Origin: Chiloscyllium plagiosum
Lineage: Eukaryota
Reading direction: 5' to 3'
Length of the DNA: 64,000 nucleotides
NCBI RefSeq assembly: GCF_004010195.1
Contig: NC_057720.1
Location: forward strand, 1,573,704-1,637,703
Shown: piece after piece, positions 47,711 through 61,460 of the stretch
Position numbering within the stretch: position 1 is the first letter of the stretch
Layout of the letters: the number at the start of each line of letters is the position of its first letter
The notes under the pieces: generated by a model
What the model was told of the DNA's origin: nothing
What the model saw: the letters and a program-made list of their open reading frames with translations, nothing else
Databases searched by the model: none
Made by a program: the position numbers and the translations under genes

Positions 47711-48779
47711 GTAAGCCTCTGCAGACGATGACCCAAAAACCTGCCTTTCACTAGCGCACTAATGAGTGACTAGTATTTTCTGTTTAATTATGAAATGAGT
47801 AAAAGTAACAAAATAGGGATAGGGAAAGGATTTAATCAGTTTTTAGGGGGGTGTGAGTGAAGGGGTAAATGCTGTTAAATCTGTTCATTTCTCACTGGCT
47901 TAGTCCACACTAGTCCCTCTCTAAATTTCCATAATCCACAGGTTTAAGGAAAGAGGCATTGGGAATCTGGAACTCCCTGCCTGTAAGGGTGGGAGAGGCA
48001 GAAACCCTCATCACGTTGAAGAAGGATTTACAAAGGAAAACAAGCCCATAGACCAAGAGCTGGAAAATGGAATTAGGATAGTCAGGTGGCTGATTTTCAC
48101 CAGCACAGACTCAATGGGCTGAAGGGTCTTTTTCTCTGTGCTGCCGATCTCTATGATTACTTTCCAATCTCCCCACCCACCTCAAGATATCATCCTGGAT
48201 TCATGCCCAAACAAGTTTTGTGAAAGAAAAATGATTGCCAGATGACACCAGGGACTAGAAGTAAAACATTTCCCCATTTTACTGAGATAATGCACAAAGG
48301 GGGGGTCATGGTACAAAGATTTCAATCACTCTCTAAAGGTGTTCAAATATAATCATCATCTCAGAATGTCATCTATTTAAAGAAACAGTAAACACGTTCA
48401 CTCCTGAATCAGTAACTATGTATATTTGGATCTTCTGTCTCCACGCTATGGACCAGCAGTGGCAACGGAACAGGGGAAATGGGCATTCCTTACCAACACA
48501 GTGTAACATCCCAAACATGCTTGGGAACCATTCAAATGCATCAGTTACTTTATCTGCTTTTGTTTCCATCTCCTGGTCACCCTGGCAACAACATCCCATC
48601 CCCCCTCCCCTCCCCCCCCCCCCCCCCCCCCNNNNNNNNNNNNNNNNNNACAGCACCCATAAGGGACACTGAAGGGGAAAATGACGGGGGTTTTTTTACC
48701 CCATCTGCAAAATCCACTCTGGAATAAACTGTGCAACTTCAATAAAGAAATGCCTGTGTCTTTAGGAACAACATCCATC

Positions 48780-49292
48780 TGAAGGCACTTTGAGACAATA
48801 AAGCACTTTGGACTCTAGTCACTGCTGTAATGTAGAAACCAGATAAGGTAAGCCCCCTCTAAACAGCAATCTGATTATAATATGGAACTGCAGATGTTGA
48901 AGATCTGAAACAAAACCAGAAACTGCTGTGGAAACTCATCAGGTCTGGCAGCATCTGTGGAGAGAAAGCAGAGTTAGCATTTGAGATCCAGTGACCCTTC
49001 TTCAGAACTGATAATGATGGTGACTTTTCGTGATGTTGATTGAGGTTAATCAATCGGGGTGGGAAGGCAATATTCCAGATGTTCTTTAAAATAGTGACAA
49101 GGGATCTCTACCGCATCCACTGAGACAAGGATGTGGATTGAGAATCTCATTCAAAATACCCTCCTTATGACAGTACTGCACTCCTCAATGTCCTCTGGAG
49201 TGTCAATCTTGATGATTGTGCTCAAGTTCTGGAGTCGCTCTAATCCCACAAGTTTCTGACTTAGAGGTTAACATGCCATTCACTGAGCCATG
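48780..49292 (-). mobile_element. Deu-domain-like SINE with tRNA-like head, interrupted by a family C element (about 48880-49010)
   Basis: Minus strand head tggctcagtgaatgg..agtcagaaacttgtgggatt..ccagaacttgagcacaa..gaggagtgcagtactgtc. Confidence 0.6.
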
Positions 49293-52229
49293 CCAGACTG
49301 CATTTGGTCAGTAAAGTGGGATTGCAGACAATAGGCTGAAAGATGGGGCAGTTTCACTTTAGTCATCTACAGGACACCCAGCTGACTTTTACAGAGGTCA
49401 GGCAGCCAAATAGGTACCGCCCAAGTATCCAGCCCTTTAAAGAATGATCAGCCCCCAAGACATTCTGCCTAAACAGTGCCCCTGGAGTATTGGCCACTGA
49501 TGGTACTGCACCTGAATGAAGAAGCTAGCATGCACACTTCATCGCTAGAGGTGAGAGCTGGCATCTGGTGATTGGTGTTTGGTGGGGGCAATGGTCAGGG
49601 GGCATTCTGCTCCCTAAGGTCTCCACTTTGGGCCATAGAGTGCCCAATAAGGAGGGCCACGCCTCCCAAGATTTGGTGAAAGTGAGTCATGTTTTACTAA
49701 TTTGGTGGAAGCAGGTTTCAGGGTCAACCAGGGATGGGAAATAAACCCTTCCGCAGGCAGTGACACCCAAAACTGTGAATGTATCTTTAAAAATAATTTC
49801 TTGAAGAAAGAACAAGCAAGATGAATAAAGGGGAAGCTATAGTGGAGTCATGTCAAAGCTCACTACAAAAGGTAAATGCCGGTGGAGTAGGGAGTAACGT
49901 ATTAGTCTGAACAACAGATTACTTCACTAATGGGAAGCAGACAGAACAGATCAATGTTTATTTCATGTTGGTAGCCCATAACTAGTGGAGAGACACAGCA
50001 TTGTCCTCAATTTTTACAATTTATATTTTTGACTTGGTGAAGAAGCTGAATGTATAATTACTGAATTTGCTGATGAGGCAAAGATAGGTAGGAAATTAAG
50101 TTGTGAAGAGGCAATAAAGAGACCAAGTTCAGTGATTGGGCAAAACATTGGTAGATGCGTATGATGTGAGAAAAGGTGATCTTCTCTACTTTAGCAGGAA
50201 GAATAGAGAAGCAGCATAGTATTTATAAACTAAAAACATAAAGTGTTGGAGAAACTCAGCCAGTTTGGCAGTATTCATAGAGAGAGAAACAGACTTAACA
50301 TTTGAGTCCGCAATGACTACACTTTACAAATTCAGATTCTGTCCAAATTTAATCAGTCCAAGTGCAATTCATTTCTTTTCTTTATAACACATAAATAAAA
50401 ATCTCTGAAATAGAAGCAGACACTTGACTTAAACTTTTAGACTGGAACTGCAGTCAACTTCTTCCTGAAGTTATTTTACACCTGAGTTTTAATGTACTTG
50501 AGCTTAACTGTTCGGGGTTTTATTGCAACACTTTTGTTCTGGAAATAACACCAACTCTTCAATCTCGAGTAACCTTATTCACAATATATCCTCTCCTTCT
50601 CAGGGGCACAGGTCTGCATAGCCATCCTATTCCAATGACTTCATAGGATTGTTCTCCTCAAAGTAAAAACTGACACTAGGAAACCTTCCTCTCTAAGCTC
50701 TGGCTGTTTCCCTTCAGCTTAAAAATAAAACAAGTTTTAAAAATCTCTAACAAACCTGGAGGTCCCATTATTGACCTTGTTGAGTCACAAAACAATCTGA
50801 AATCAACAGAAGTCCATTAGTGGTGCTCAAAACCCTTTCATTCTAAAGCTAGAGTGCATAAACTATATATTTTTTAAATCACCAAAAATACTTACGAATT
50901 AATAGTTGATTTTAGACACACAGAAAACCCAATGGTTACAAACTCAAATTCAGAAATCAAGATTATATAAATCCACAGTTGACATTATGTTTTGATTTCC
51001 TTAGATTCTAAACAGTTGTGGCTTTCAGTTTTGAATATACACAGTGACTGAACATCCATAGCCCTCAGGAACAGGAAATTCCATAGGTCTCCTCATCTCA
51101 GTCCTGAATGACTGACCTGTTATCCTGAGATTACATTGCCTTGTTTGAGATTTACCAGCCAGGAATACAGTTTCTCAGCATCTTTCTTGTCAAGCCTTAG
51201 AACAATTGATGTATTTCAGTAAGAGTATTCTTATCCTTCTAAACTTTATAGAATGTGTGCCAATTTTACTCAATCTCTCCTTCTAGGAGAACACTAACGA
51301 GCCTGCAGTCAATATAATGAACATTTGTTGCACATCCTTTTAGTTCAGCATACACATTCCTTTGGATGCAGACACAGAGCCTGAATAATATTGTATATTT
51401 AGTCTCATCCAAGTCCTGTAAAATTGTCGCAAGACCTCCTTACAATAAAAGCCACAATATCACTAATCCTCCTAATCGCTGTCTGTACTCATATCCACAT
51501 CTTAACTATTGTATAAGTATACAGACATAAGTGTACAAGTACATCCAAATCCTCCCAAATGCCACCATTTAATAATCTCTCAGAAATTAAAACGATATTC
51601 TAGCTTTCCTTTCTTCCTAGCAGAGAGTCTCACAGTTGTGCATTTGCCACCTTCCTGACCAACTCATTAATTAATTTCTATCCATTTGCATTAACTTTGC
51701 ATCCTTCTCACCTCCTAACTTTCTCAATAAAGCTGGATGTATTCTTGCTATTTATCCCTCAGTTCATTCCAAAAATGATGCTTTTTAAAATATTTTTCCA
51801 AAGCAATTGCAACAAAAATTCCTGGTTCCTACAATTGCAAACTTCACTCATGCTTAAAGGATTTCAAGCTGAGACATCTCCAAAATCAAAATAGAGATTT
51901 TGAGGATTATTTGAAGAATATGAAGGGTTTTGAACCAATATGAGAAATTGCTTCCACTATAAGGCAATTGGCCAAAGAACCAGAGGGTGTATGAGGAAAA
52001 GGTTTTTTTAATGCAACGATTTAGGAAGGCAAATAAAAATGTTAGCATTGATTTCAAGAGGACTAGAATAAAAGAACAGAATATGCTGCTGAGGCTGTAC
52101 AAGGCTCTGGTTAGATACATTTGGAATATTGTGAACAGTTTTGGGCCCAGTTTCTAAGGAAGGATGTGCTGCCTTGCAGGAGACCAGAGAAGGTTCACAA
52201 GAATGATCCCAATGAAGGGCTTGTCATAT

Positions 52230-52364
52230 GCACTGTCAGAGAGTCAGTACTGAGGGAGTGCCGCACTGTCAGAGGGTCAGTACTGAGGGAGTGCCACATT
52301 GTCAGAGGGTCAGTACTGAGGGAATACTGTACTTCGGAGGGTCAGTACTGAGGGAATGCAGCAC
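52230..52364. repeat. Short 33-bp minisatellite array
   Basis: About 4 units. Confidence 0.9.
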
Positions 52365-52439
52365 TCTTTGAGAGTAATGGGTTGGTTGGATGAGCCTAGG
52401 TTATGGCTCCCTTTCTCTGAAGTAGAATTTGAGCCCATG

Positions 52440-53500
52440 TGACCATAAGACCATAATACATAGGAGCAGAAATTAGGCCATTCAGCCTATTGAGCCTGCT
52501 CCAGCATTCAATCATGGCTGATAAGTTTCTCAACCTCATTCTCCAACTTTCTTCCCATAACCTATGATCCCCTTGATACTCAAGAACCTATCTATCTCAG
52601 TCTTAAAAATACTCAATGACACGGCCTCCACAGCCTTTTGTGGCAATGAATTCCACAGATTCCCCACTCTCTGGCTGACGAGGTTTCTCCTCATCTCCAT
52701 TCTAAAGGCTCTTCCCTTTATTCTAAGGCTGTGCCCTCAGGTCCTAGTCTCTCCTCCAATAAAAACATCTTCCCAATGTCTACTCTGTCCAGGCAGTTCA
52801 GTATACTGTAGATTCCAATTGGATCCCCCATCATCCTTCTAACTCCCATTGAGTATAGACCCAGAATCCTCAAATGTTCGTCATATATTAAGCTTTTCAT
52901 TCCTGGGACCATTCTCGTGAACCTCCTCTGAATCTATTCCAGTGCCAGTACATCCTTCCTGAGATATGGGGCCCAAAATTGCACACAATACTCCAAATGT
53001 GGTCTTACCAGAGCCTTCTAGAGCTTCAGAGGTACATCCCTGCTTTTATATTCTAGTCCTCTCAAGATGAATGACAACATTGTATTTGGAAGCACTAGCT
53101 TTCGGAGTATAAGATCTCCACAGCTACCTGATGAAGGAGCAGTGCTCCGAAAGCTAGTGCTTCCAAATAAACCTGTTGGACTATAACTGGTGTTGTGTGA
53201 TTTTTAACTTTGCCCACCCCAGTCCAACATCTGCATCTCCAAATCATAATGTTGTATTTGCCTTCCTCACTACTGATTTAAACCACAAGTCTACTGTCAC
53301 ATAAACCTGGACTAGAATTCCTAAATCACTTTGCACTTAAGATTTCTGAATTTTCTCCCCGTTTAGAAAATAGTCCATGCCTCTATTCTTCCTACCAAAA
53401 TGATTAACCTCACACTTTCCCATGTTGTATTTCATCTGACACTTTTTTGCCCACTCTCCTAACCTGTCTAAATCTTTCTGCAGCCTCCCCACCTCCTCAT
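52440..53500 (-). mobile_element. CR1 3' portion with family B insertion
   Basis: YDEHLRILGLYS..GDPIGIY; 3' UTR ending cttatggtc. Confidence 0.8.
53089..53247 (+). mobile_element. Family B element with intact hammerhead core (53125-53159)
   Basis: TAC-CTGATGA-A-GGAGC-AGT-GCTCC-GAAA-GCTA-GTG; short inverted arm upstream; TSD aa(ca/tg)ttgtatttg. Confidence 0.8.
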
Positions 53501-53739
53501 CCTAGAGTTCTGAAGGAGATAGCTGAAGAGATAGTGGAGATCATTCAGGATACCAGAGGACTGGAAAATCCCTAATGTCACCCCCTGTTTAAAAAGCGAG
53601 GAAGGCAAATGATGGGAAATTATAGGCTAATTAGCCTGACCTTGGTCATTGGTAAGATTATGGAATCCATTGTGAAGGATGAGATATCAAAATACTTGGA
53701 AGCGCGGATGGGATTCCACTGCACACCTGAGCATCCTCC

Positions 53740-56700
53740 AGGGACATTTTGCAAGATGTCACCATCTATTTCCCTACAGTCTATATCTTCCATATCCTTT
53801 TCCACAGTAAATACTGATGCAAAATACTCATTTAGTATCTCCCCCATTTTCTGTGGCTCCACACAAAGGCCAACTTGCTGATCTTTGAGGGGCCCTATTC
53901 TCTTCCTAGTTACCCTTTTGTCCTTAATATAGTTGTAAAAACCCTTTGAATACACAAATAGACAACAGGGCTGAAGAGTGTGGTGTTGGAAAAGCACAGC
54001 TGGTCAGGCAGCATCCAAGGAGTGGAGAGTCAACGTTTCGTTTGGGCATTAGCCCTTCTTCAGGAATCATTCCTGAAGAAGGGCTAATGCCCGAAACGTC
54101 GATTCTCCTGTTCCCTAGATGCTGCCTGACCTGCTGCGCTTTTCCAGCAACACATTTCCATCTCTGATCTCCAGCATCTGCAGACCTCACTTTCTCCTTA
54201 AGGATTCACTCAATCTACCCTGTCTATACCTTACATATGCTTCCTTCTTTTTCATAACTAAACACTCAATTTCTTTAGTCATCCAGAATTCCCCTACCTA
54301 CCAGCCTTTCCTTTCACCATAACAGGAATACACTTTCTCTGGATTCTCGTTATCTCATTCCTGAAGGCTTCCCAATATCCAGCTGTCCCTTTACCCGTGA
54401 ACATCTGCCCCCAATCAGCTTTCGAAAGTTCTTGCCTAATACCGTCAAAATTGGCCTTTCTCCAATTTAGAACTTCAAGTTTTAAATCTGGTCTATCCTT
54501 TTCCATCATTATTTTAAATTTAACAGAATTATGGTCGCTGGCTCCAAAGTGCTCCCCCAGTGACACCTCAGTCACCTGCCCTGCCTTATTTCCCAAGATT
54601 AAGTCAAATTTTGCACCTTCTCTAGTCGGTACATCCACATACTGAATCAAAAGATTGTCTTGTGCACACTTAACAAATTCCTCTCCATCTAAACCCTTAA
54701 CACTATGGCCTCCCAGTCTATGTTTGGAAAGTTAAAATCCCCTACCATAACCACCCTATTATTCTTACAGATAGCTGAGATCTCCTTACAAGTTTGTTTC
54801 TCAATTTCCCTCTGACTATTAGGGGGTCCATAATACAATCCCAATAAGGTTATCATCCCTTTCTTATTTCTCATGTCCACCCAAATAACTTCCCTGGATG
54901 TATTTCCGGGAATATCCTCCCTCAGTACAGCTATAATGCTGTCTCTTATCAAAAATGCCACTTCTCCCTTCTCTCTTGCCTCCCTTTCTATCCTTCCTCT
55001 AGCATTTGTATCCTGGAACATTAAGCTGCCAATCCTGCCCATCCCTGAGCCATGTTTCTGTAATTGCTATAATATCTCAGTCCCATGTTCCTAACCATGC
55101 CCTAAGTTCATCTGCCTTCCCTGTTAGGCCCCTTGCATTGAAATAAATGCANNNNNNNNNNNNNNNNNNNNNNNNNNNNNNNNNNNNNNNNNNNNNNNNN
55201 NNNNNNNNNNNNNNNNNNNNNNNNNNNNNNNNNNNNNNNNNNNNNNNNNNNNNNNNNNNNNNNNNNNNNNNNNNNNNNNNNNNNNNNNNNNNNNNNNNNN
55301 NNNNNNNNNNNNNNNNNNNNNNNNNNNNNNNNNNNNNNNNNNNNNNNNNNNNNNNNNNNNNNNNNNNNNNNNNNNNNNNNNNNNNNNNNNNNNNNNNNNN
55401 NNNNNNNNNNNNNNNNNNNNNNNNNNNNCAGTTCTAGCAAATTTCCCTGCCAGTATATTAGTCCCCTTCCAATTTAGGTGCAATCCGTCCTTCTTGTACA
55501 GTCCACTTCTACCCCAAAAGAGATTCCAATGATCCAAAAATGTAAATCCTTCCCCTATACACCAGCTCCTCAGCCATGCATTCATCTGCTCTATCCTCCT
55601 ATTCTGCCCTCACTAGCTTGTAGCACCAGGAGTAATCTAAATATTACTACTCTCGAGGACTTCCTTTTTAAATTTCTGCCTAACTCTCTGTAATCTCCCT
55701 TAAGAATCTCAACCTTTTTCCTTCCTATGTCATTGGTTCCAATGTGGACAATGACCTTTTGCTGGCCCGTCTCCCCCATGAGAACATTCTGCACCCATTC
55801 TGAGATCTCCTTGATCCTGGCACCAGGGAAGCAACACATCATTCTGCTTTTTCCTGCTGGCCACAGAAACGTCTGTCTGTACCTCGAACTAGAAAATCCC
55901 CTAACACAATTGATCTCCTGGAACCCGACATACTCCTTGTTGCAGTAGAGCCAGTCTCAATACCAGAAACTTGCCTGTTCGTGCTACATTCCCCAGAGAA
56001 TCTATCACCTCCTACATTTTCCAAAAATGGGAATAGCCACAAAAGACTCCTGCACTAGCTGCCTACCTCTCTTACCTTTCCTGGAGTTAACCCATCTTTG
56101 TGACTGTATCTGAGACTTTCCCCCCTTCCTATAACTGCCATCCATCACATACTGTTGCCCTTACAAATTCCTCATTGCTTCTAACTGTCTCTCCAACTGA
56201 TCCATTTGATCTGATAAGATTCGCAGCCAACAGCATTTATGGAAGATATAATCCGCAGTAACCCTTAAACTCTCTTTAAACTCCCACATCTGACAAGAAG
56301 TACATATCACTGCAAAGGCCATTTTTGCTCCTTCACAATCTACAGACCCAGAAAATAACAGTCTTATTCCTCCACAAACACTGCCCCAGGTTAAATTAAT
56401 AGTTTTGGCTTATATTTTAAGCTGAATCCCAAGATATATATCTCCAAAAACTTATAATCAAGAAAGAACCTACTCTACTCACTACTGCAGATTCTCTGTA
56501 GGTCTCTAAACAACAATTAGCTTATCTGTTTCTGTGCTGTGAACTTTGCCCAACAGTTCCTCCAAGATCAGTTGTGAATTTCACGGTTTGATAATTTTCC
56601 CAGACGCACTCCGATGTCCAGTGATACACAAATTCAAACATCAAAGGCAGTAACTGTGCAGGTTCTCTCTTTCTCTCGTTCTCCTGCAATGACCTCACCA

Positions 56701-56902
56701 TGTGCTTCCTTTGTCTGTTCTTCTCCCTTTTAAAACTGCTGTTGTTTTGACTTTTTTTCCCAAGTTCCAAAACAATGCAACAGCATATAAAACAGTAATT
56801 GCTGCTCCTGGAATTCGAGGAAATCACCTCCAGCACCTAAAATACCTCAAAAAAGGAACGGCTATTACAGCCAGAAATTTTTCCCATCCTCCATCTTGGA
56901 TT
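53740..56902 (-). mobile_element. CR1 5' half: 5' UTR, ORF1 (esterase domain), ORF2 endonuclease
   Basis: IVLGDFLVRG, FPGARI, VHIGTNDIG and DGLHLN, then VGDFNFPNIDW and SDHN. Confidence 0.85.
53966..54198. mobile_element. Family A inverted dimer with intact plus-strand hammerhead core (54071-54102)
   Basis: TC-CTGAAGA-A-GGGC-TAAT-GCCC-GAAA-CGTC-GA. Confidence 0.8.
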
Positions 56903-56916
56903 CTCTGCAGGTCTTT

Positions 56917-57220
56917 GATTAGATTAGATTCCCTACAATGTTGAATCAGGCCCTTTGGCTCAACAAGTCCACACTGACCCTCCAAAGAGCAACCCACCCA
57001 GGCCCATTCTCCTACATTTACCCCTGACTAATGCACCTAACACTACAGGCTTTAGCATGGCCATTCACCTAACCTACACATCTTTGGACTGTGGGAGGAA
57101 ACCGGAGCAAACCCACGCAGACACAGGGAGAATGTGCAAACTCCACACAGACAGTTGCCCGAAGCGGGAATTGAACCCAGGTCCCTAGTACTGTGAGGCA
57201 GTAGTGCTAACCACTGAGCC
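56917..57220 (-). mobile_element. HE1-type SINE
   Basis: Homologous to 507-806. Confidence 0.85.
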
Positions 57221-57841
57221 CCTCCTCGTGGGTCTGCTCCTGGGCCTGGCCAAACTGGCCATAAACAGGTCCAGACAGCGGGCCGTGGAGAGAGTTATTA
57301 GGGTCAACTGCCTGCCCCTCTTCCACGGTAATGTCAGAGCCTGGGTGTCTCTGGAGAAGGAGCACGTGGTGTCCACCAACACCCTGGAGCTATTTAGGGA
57401 GAGGTGGGCGCCATAGGGAGTGGAGTGCATTATTTCCCCCTCCAACTCTATTTTGATTTAGTCCCTGCAGGAAACCGGAGCAAACCCACGCAGATACAGG
57501 GAGAATGTGCAAACTCCACACAGACAGTTGCCCGAAGTGGGAATTGAACCCGGGTCCCTAGTACTGTGAGGCAGTAGTGCTAACCACTGAGCCCCTCCTC
57601 GTGGGTCTGCTCCTGGGCCTGGCCAAACTGGCCATAAACAGGTCCAGGCAGCGGGCCGTGGAGGGAGTTATTAGGGTCAACTGCCTGCCCCTCTTCCGCG
57701 GTTATGTCAGAGCCTGGGTGTCTCTGGAGAAGGAGCACGTGGTGTCCACCAACACCCTGGAGTTATTTAGGGAGAGGTGGGCGCCATAGGGAGTGGAGTG
57801 CATTATTTCCCCCTCCAACTCTATTTTGATTTAGTCCCTAC
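57096..57841. repeat. 373-bp tandem duplication of an HE1 head / Tx1-like junction
   Basis: aggaaaccggag starts at 57096 and 57469; twin ORFs at 57204 and 57577. Confidence 0.9.
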
Positions 57842-57975
57842 CCTCCCCTTCACTGTTTTGATCACACAGCATTGCCCTTTGATGTGAAGGGCACTGCTTG
57901 CCACTGGTCACTTGGGTGCTTTCTTTTCTTCCTGGTGGTGGAAATTGAATAAAGATTTGTGCAGCTTGTGATTTT
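57588..57975 (+). mobile_element. Tx1/L1-clade LINE 3' end
   Basis: LLLGLAKLAINRSRQ..FRGYVRAWVSLE..FRERWA resembles a Tx1 ORF2 C-terminus; aataaa near 57948. Confidence 0.6.
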
Positions 57976-60900
57976 CATTGTGTCTCACACCTGCACACAG
58001 ACAAAATGGGTGTGTAAGCACGACTGCAGTTAGGCGAGAGAGAAAAAAAACAGGAGCATCCAGAGGTTCTGGTAACAAAGAAGAAATTAAAAAACAAAAT
58101 CACTATTTCAGTTTGGTTTCAACTACACTGGGTGTTCCTTCCTCTGCCTCTGGGTCCACACTCATTGGAGTTTAGAAGGATGAGATAGAGGATCTAATTG
58201 ACAAGTAGTGAATACTGAGAGGCCTGGATGGAGTGATCATAGAGAAGATATTTCCACTCGTAGGAGAGACTAGGAACTGAGGGCATACCCTTGGAGTGAA
58301 GGGATGACCCTTTAGAACTGAGGTGAGGAGGAATGTCTTCAGCCGGAGGGTGGTGACTCTGTGGAACTCATTACCCCAGAGGGCTGTGGAAGCAAAGTAC
58401 ACTGAAGACAGAGATAGATAGGTTCTTGATTGGTAAGAGAATCAAGGGTTACAGGGAGAAGGCAAAGGTTGAGAAACATATCAGCCATGATAGAATGGTA
58501 TAGCAGATTTGAAGGGACTAAGTCTTATTGTCTTATGGTGTGAGCAGGAACGCCCTGCCAGAGCAAATAATAGAAATAGAATCAATAGTACCATTCAAAA
58601 CAGAATGTAACAAATATTTGAAGGGAAGGCATTTGCTTTGGTATGTAGTAAGTGCATTGCGGGCATAATTCTGTTGTTATTTTGGAGAACTGACACAAAG
58701 GCAATGGGCAGAATGTCCTTCTTATATGCTGCATGAGAGTGTCTCCTTTAAAAGGTATTACTGAACCAGATGGATTTTTGCAACATTCAGTCGGCTTGTG
58801 ATCCTGGTTAGCATTTCATTCCAGATTTCTTAAATAATTGAATTGAAATTCCCCAGTTGCCATGGTGGGAATTGAACTAACATCTACCGGAGCATTAGTA
58901 TGGCCTCTGGATTACTCTCCAGTAACATTACCACTATACTACCATCCGCATATTGCCCTTAATATATTAAACTATCCCAAGACGGTTCACAGACGTGTAA
59001 ATAGAACAAAGATTGCTACCAAATGTTATGATCTCAGCTGATGTTATTATTGGAAAAGTCAGATCTCAGGCTGAATTCTGGCTTGACAGGTTGTATTTTG
59101 TTTTGGTTTTAGTTCACAAGTTGGTCTTTCACTGAAGAAAACAAGCACAAAATGCTGCAAATTTGCTTTTACCAATGAAATAGAAGAAAATAAAACTATT
59201 TGCATATAACACAATCTGACAGATTTTAACACACATTGTAAAATACAATCCCAGGTATTTCCAATGCCATCACATTACAGTACTCAAAGACCAGACAGAA
59301 TTCTCTTTTATATCACAACTAGGTATGACTTGACTGCTTCTTTCAGTGGAAGGCATGGTTACTGTGGGACAAAGGAAGTGAGGGATAGACACACGATCAG
59401 AGGAAGGAGTGCAGAGATCTCAGTAAATTGGGGAGAGGCATTACATCGGGAGGGGTCAGGCCATGAAGGGACTTGAACACAAGCTTGGAAATTTTGAAGT
59501 GAGATGCTGCTAAGTTGGAGGCTAAGATATCTTCTGTTCTTGCTCCACAACCTTTCAATGTCATCTTTTTCATATGTTCTGTTTGAAATGCAATTAAAGT
59601 TTCCACCTCAGTAGCTACTTTAGGTGAAAGAATTCCATGATCCAAAGCCCCTTGATTTGAAAATAGTTGTTTTTGCAGCACCACACCAATATTCATTGTG
59701 TGATAATCCATGAAGGTTTGGACTGCCTGATTCATGAGCCAGCAGTATATGTTTGTTCGTGTCGATTCAATTCCTGAAAAATGAGATCTGTTTCTTTTTG
59801 GAGATTATCATTATATCTCAGCCTTAAATGACCCATGTACCCTCCTCCCAGTTCTTTTAATGTTGAAGAGAAAAGGATGAATCAACATTTAGTTAAAAAA
59901 CAAAACAGGATCCATTAGCTTTCAGGAAATGAAAACCGAACAACATATGTTTTGAACATTATTTCCATGACAAACCAATGTTATGAATTCTGTTTCCCGT
60001 TTGATACTGACTATCATTAAGTTGGGTAATTGCATTCCTTCCACTGCTGTCATCAGCCCTCTTCAAGCTTCCTTGCGATTGCATGAGTTGTACCTGGACA
60101 AGCTAGAAGGGAGACACGCAAAGTCAGTACTTGCTTTTCCGATTTCCATGTCACAGGATATACTTCCCTGTTCCGTTAAACGTGTTTATTGGTGTGTTTT
60201 GTAAACATAATGGGCAGCAAAGAAAGAGGCAGGATGCGTCTCATAAGCACGAAATATTCTCTGCAGCCTGAACTTGAGAACATAAGAACTAGGAGCAGGA
60301 GTAGGTCATCTGGTCCCATCCAGCCTGCTCCACCACTCAATAAGATCATGGCTGATATTTTTGTGGCCTCAGCTCCACTTACCCACCCTCTCACCGTAAC
60401 CTGTACTTCCCCCACAATTCAAAACTCTACCTTTGCCTTAAAAACATTCAATGAGGCAGCCTCAACTGCTTCCCTGGGCATGGAATTCCACAGATTCATA
60501 ATTCTGGGTAAAAAAGTTCCTCCTCAACTTATTCCTGAATCTGCTCCTCCTTATTTTGATACTATATCTCCTAGTTTGAGTTTCACCAACCAGTGGAAAC
60601 AACCTCCATGCTTCTATCTTATCTATTCTCTTCATAATCTTATATGTTTTCATAATAACCCCTCATTCTTCTAAATTCTAAGTTCTACTAAATCTATGAT
60701 AATGAGTGTGTGCTTGTGTGTGTAGTGCTGTCAAATTAGGCTGTGTGCAAACAGAAACCCGTCACTTCACACACTGAGCATGAGAGCTTTAAAGTTCTGT
60801 TCGATTGATTGTGTTGTTTGTAACTCTCGGGTGGCACTACTGTTTGCAACAAGACACGGTGGTCTTTTGTTACATATAATTGTTTTCTGACAGTTGAATA

Positions 60901-61460
60901 TGAGGTAATGACAGAGCAGTTTGTCTCAGTACTGTTCATCGTCAGGTTTCTTTGTTTACATTCTATTTTTAGAGAAAAATGACCATAAGATATAGGAACA
61001 GGAGTAGGCCATTCAGCCACTAAAGCCTGCTCCACCATTCAATAAGATCATGATTGATCCGACTTTAATGTCTATTTTCTGCCAATCCTTGATTCCTGAC
61101 TGATGAAGAATCTATCCATCTCAGCCTGAAATATAGACAAGCACTCTGCCTCCACAGCTCTCTGTAGTAAGTAGTTCCAAATATTCACAATCCTCTGAGG
61201 GAAGAAATTCCTCCTCTTCTCAGTCTTAAATTGGCACCTCTTTATTCTGAAATTGCCCTCTGGTACTAGACTCTCCCATGACAGGAAATATCATCTCAGC
61301 AATTACTCTGTCAAGTTATTTAAGAATCCTTTATGGTTCACTGAGATCACCTCCCATTCTTCTAAACTCTAATGAGTTTTGCCTCACTGGGTGAAATCCT
61401 CAACTTGAGATTGGAGGGTTGTGTTCACAGCCCTCTTAATGGGACCAGAGTACAATTCAG

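Noticed and set aside
59397..59735. 112-aa ORF
   Set aside because: Overlaps degenerate CR1-like 3' sequence and an L2-like piece.
60894..60904. 11-nt microexon-like AG..GT
   Set aside because: Not frame-preserving and no other support.
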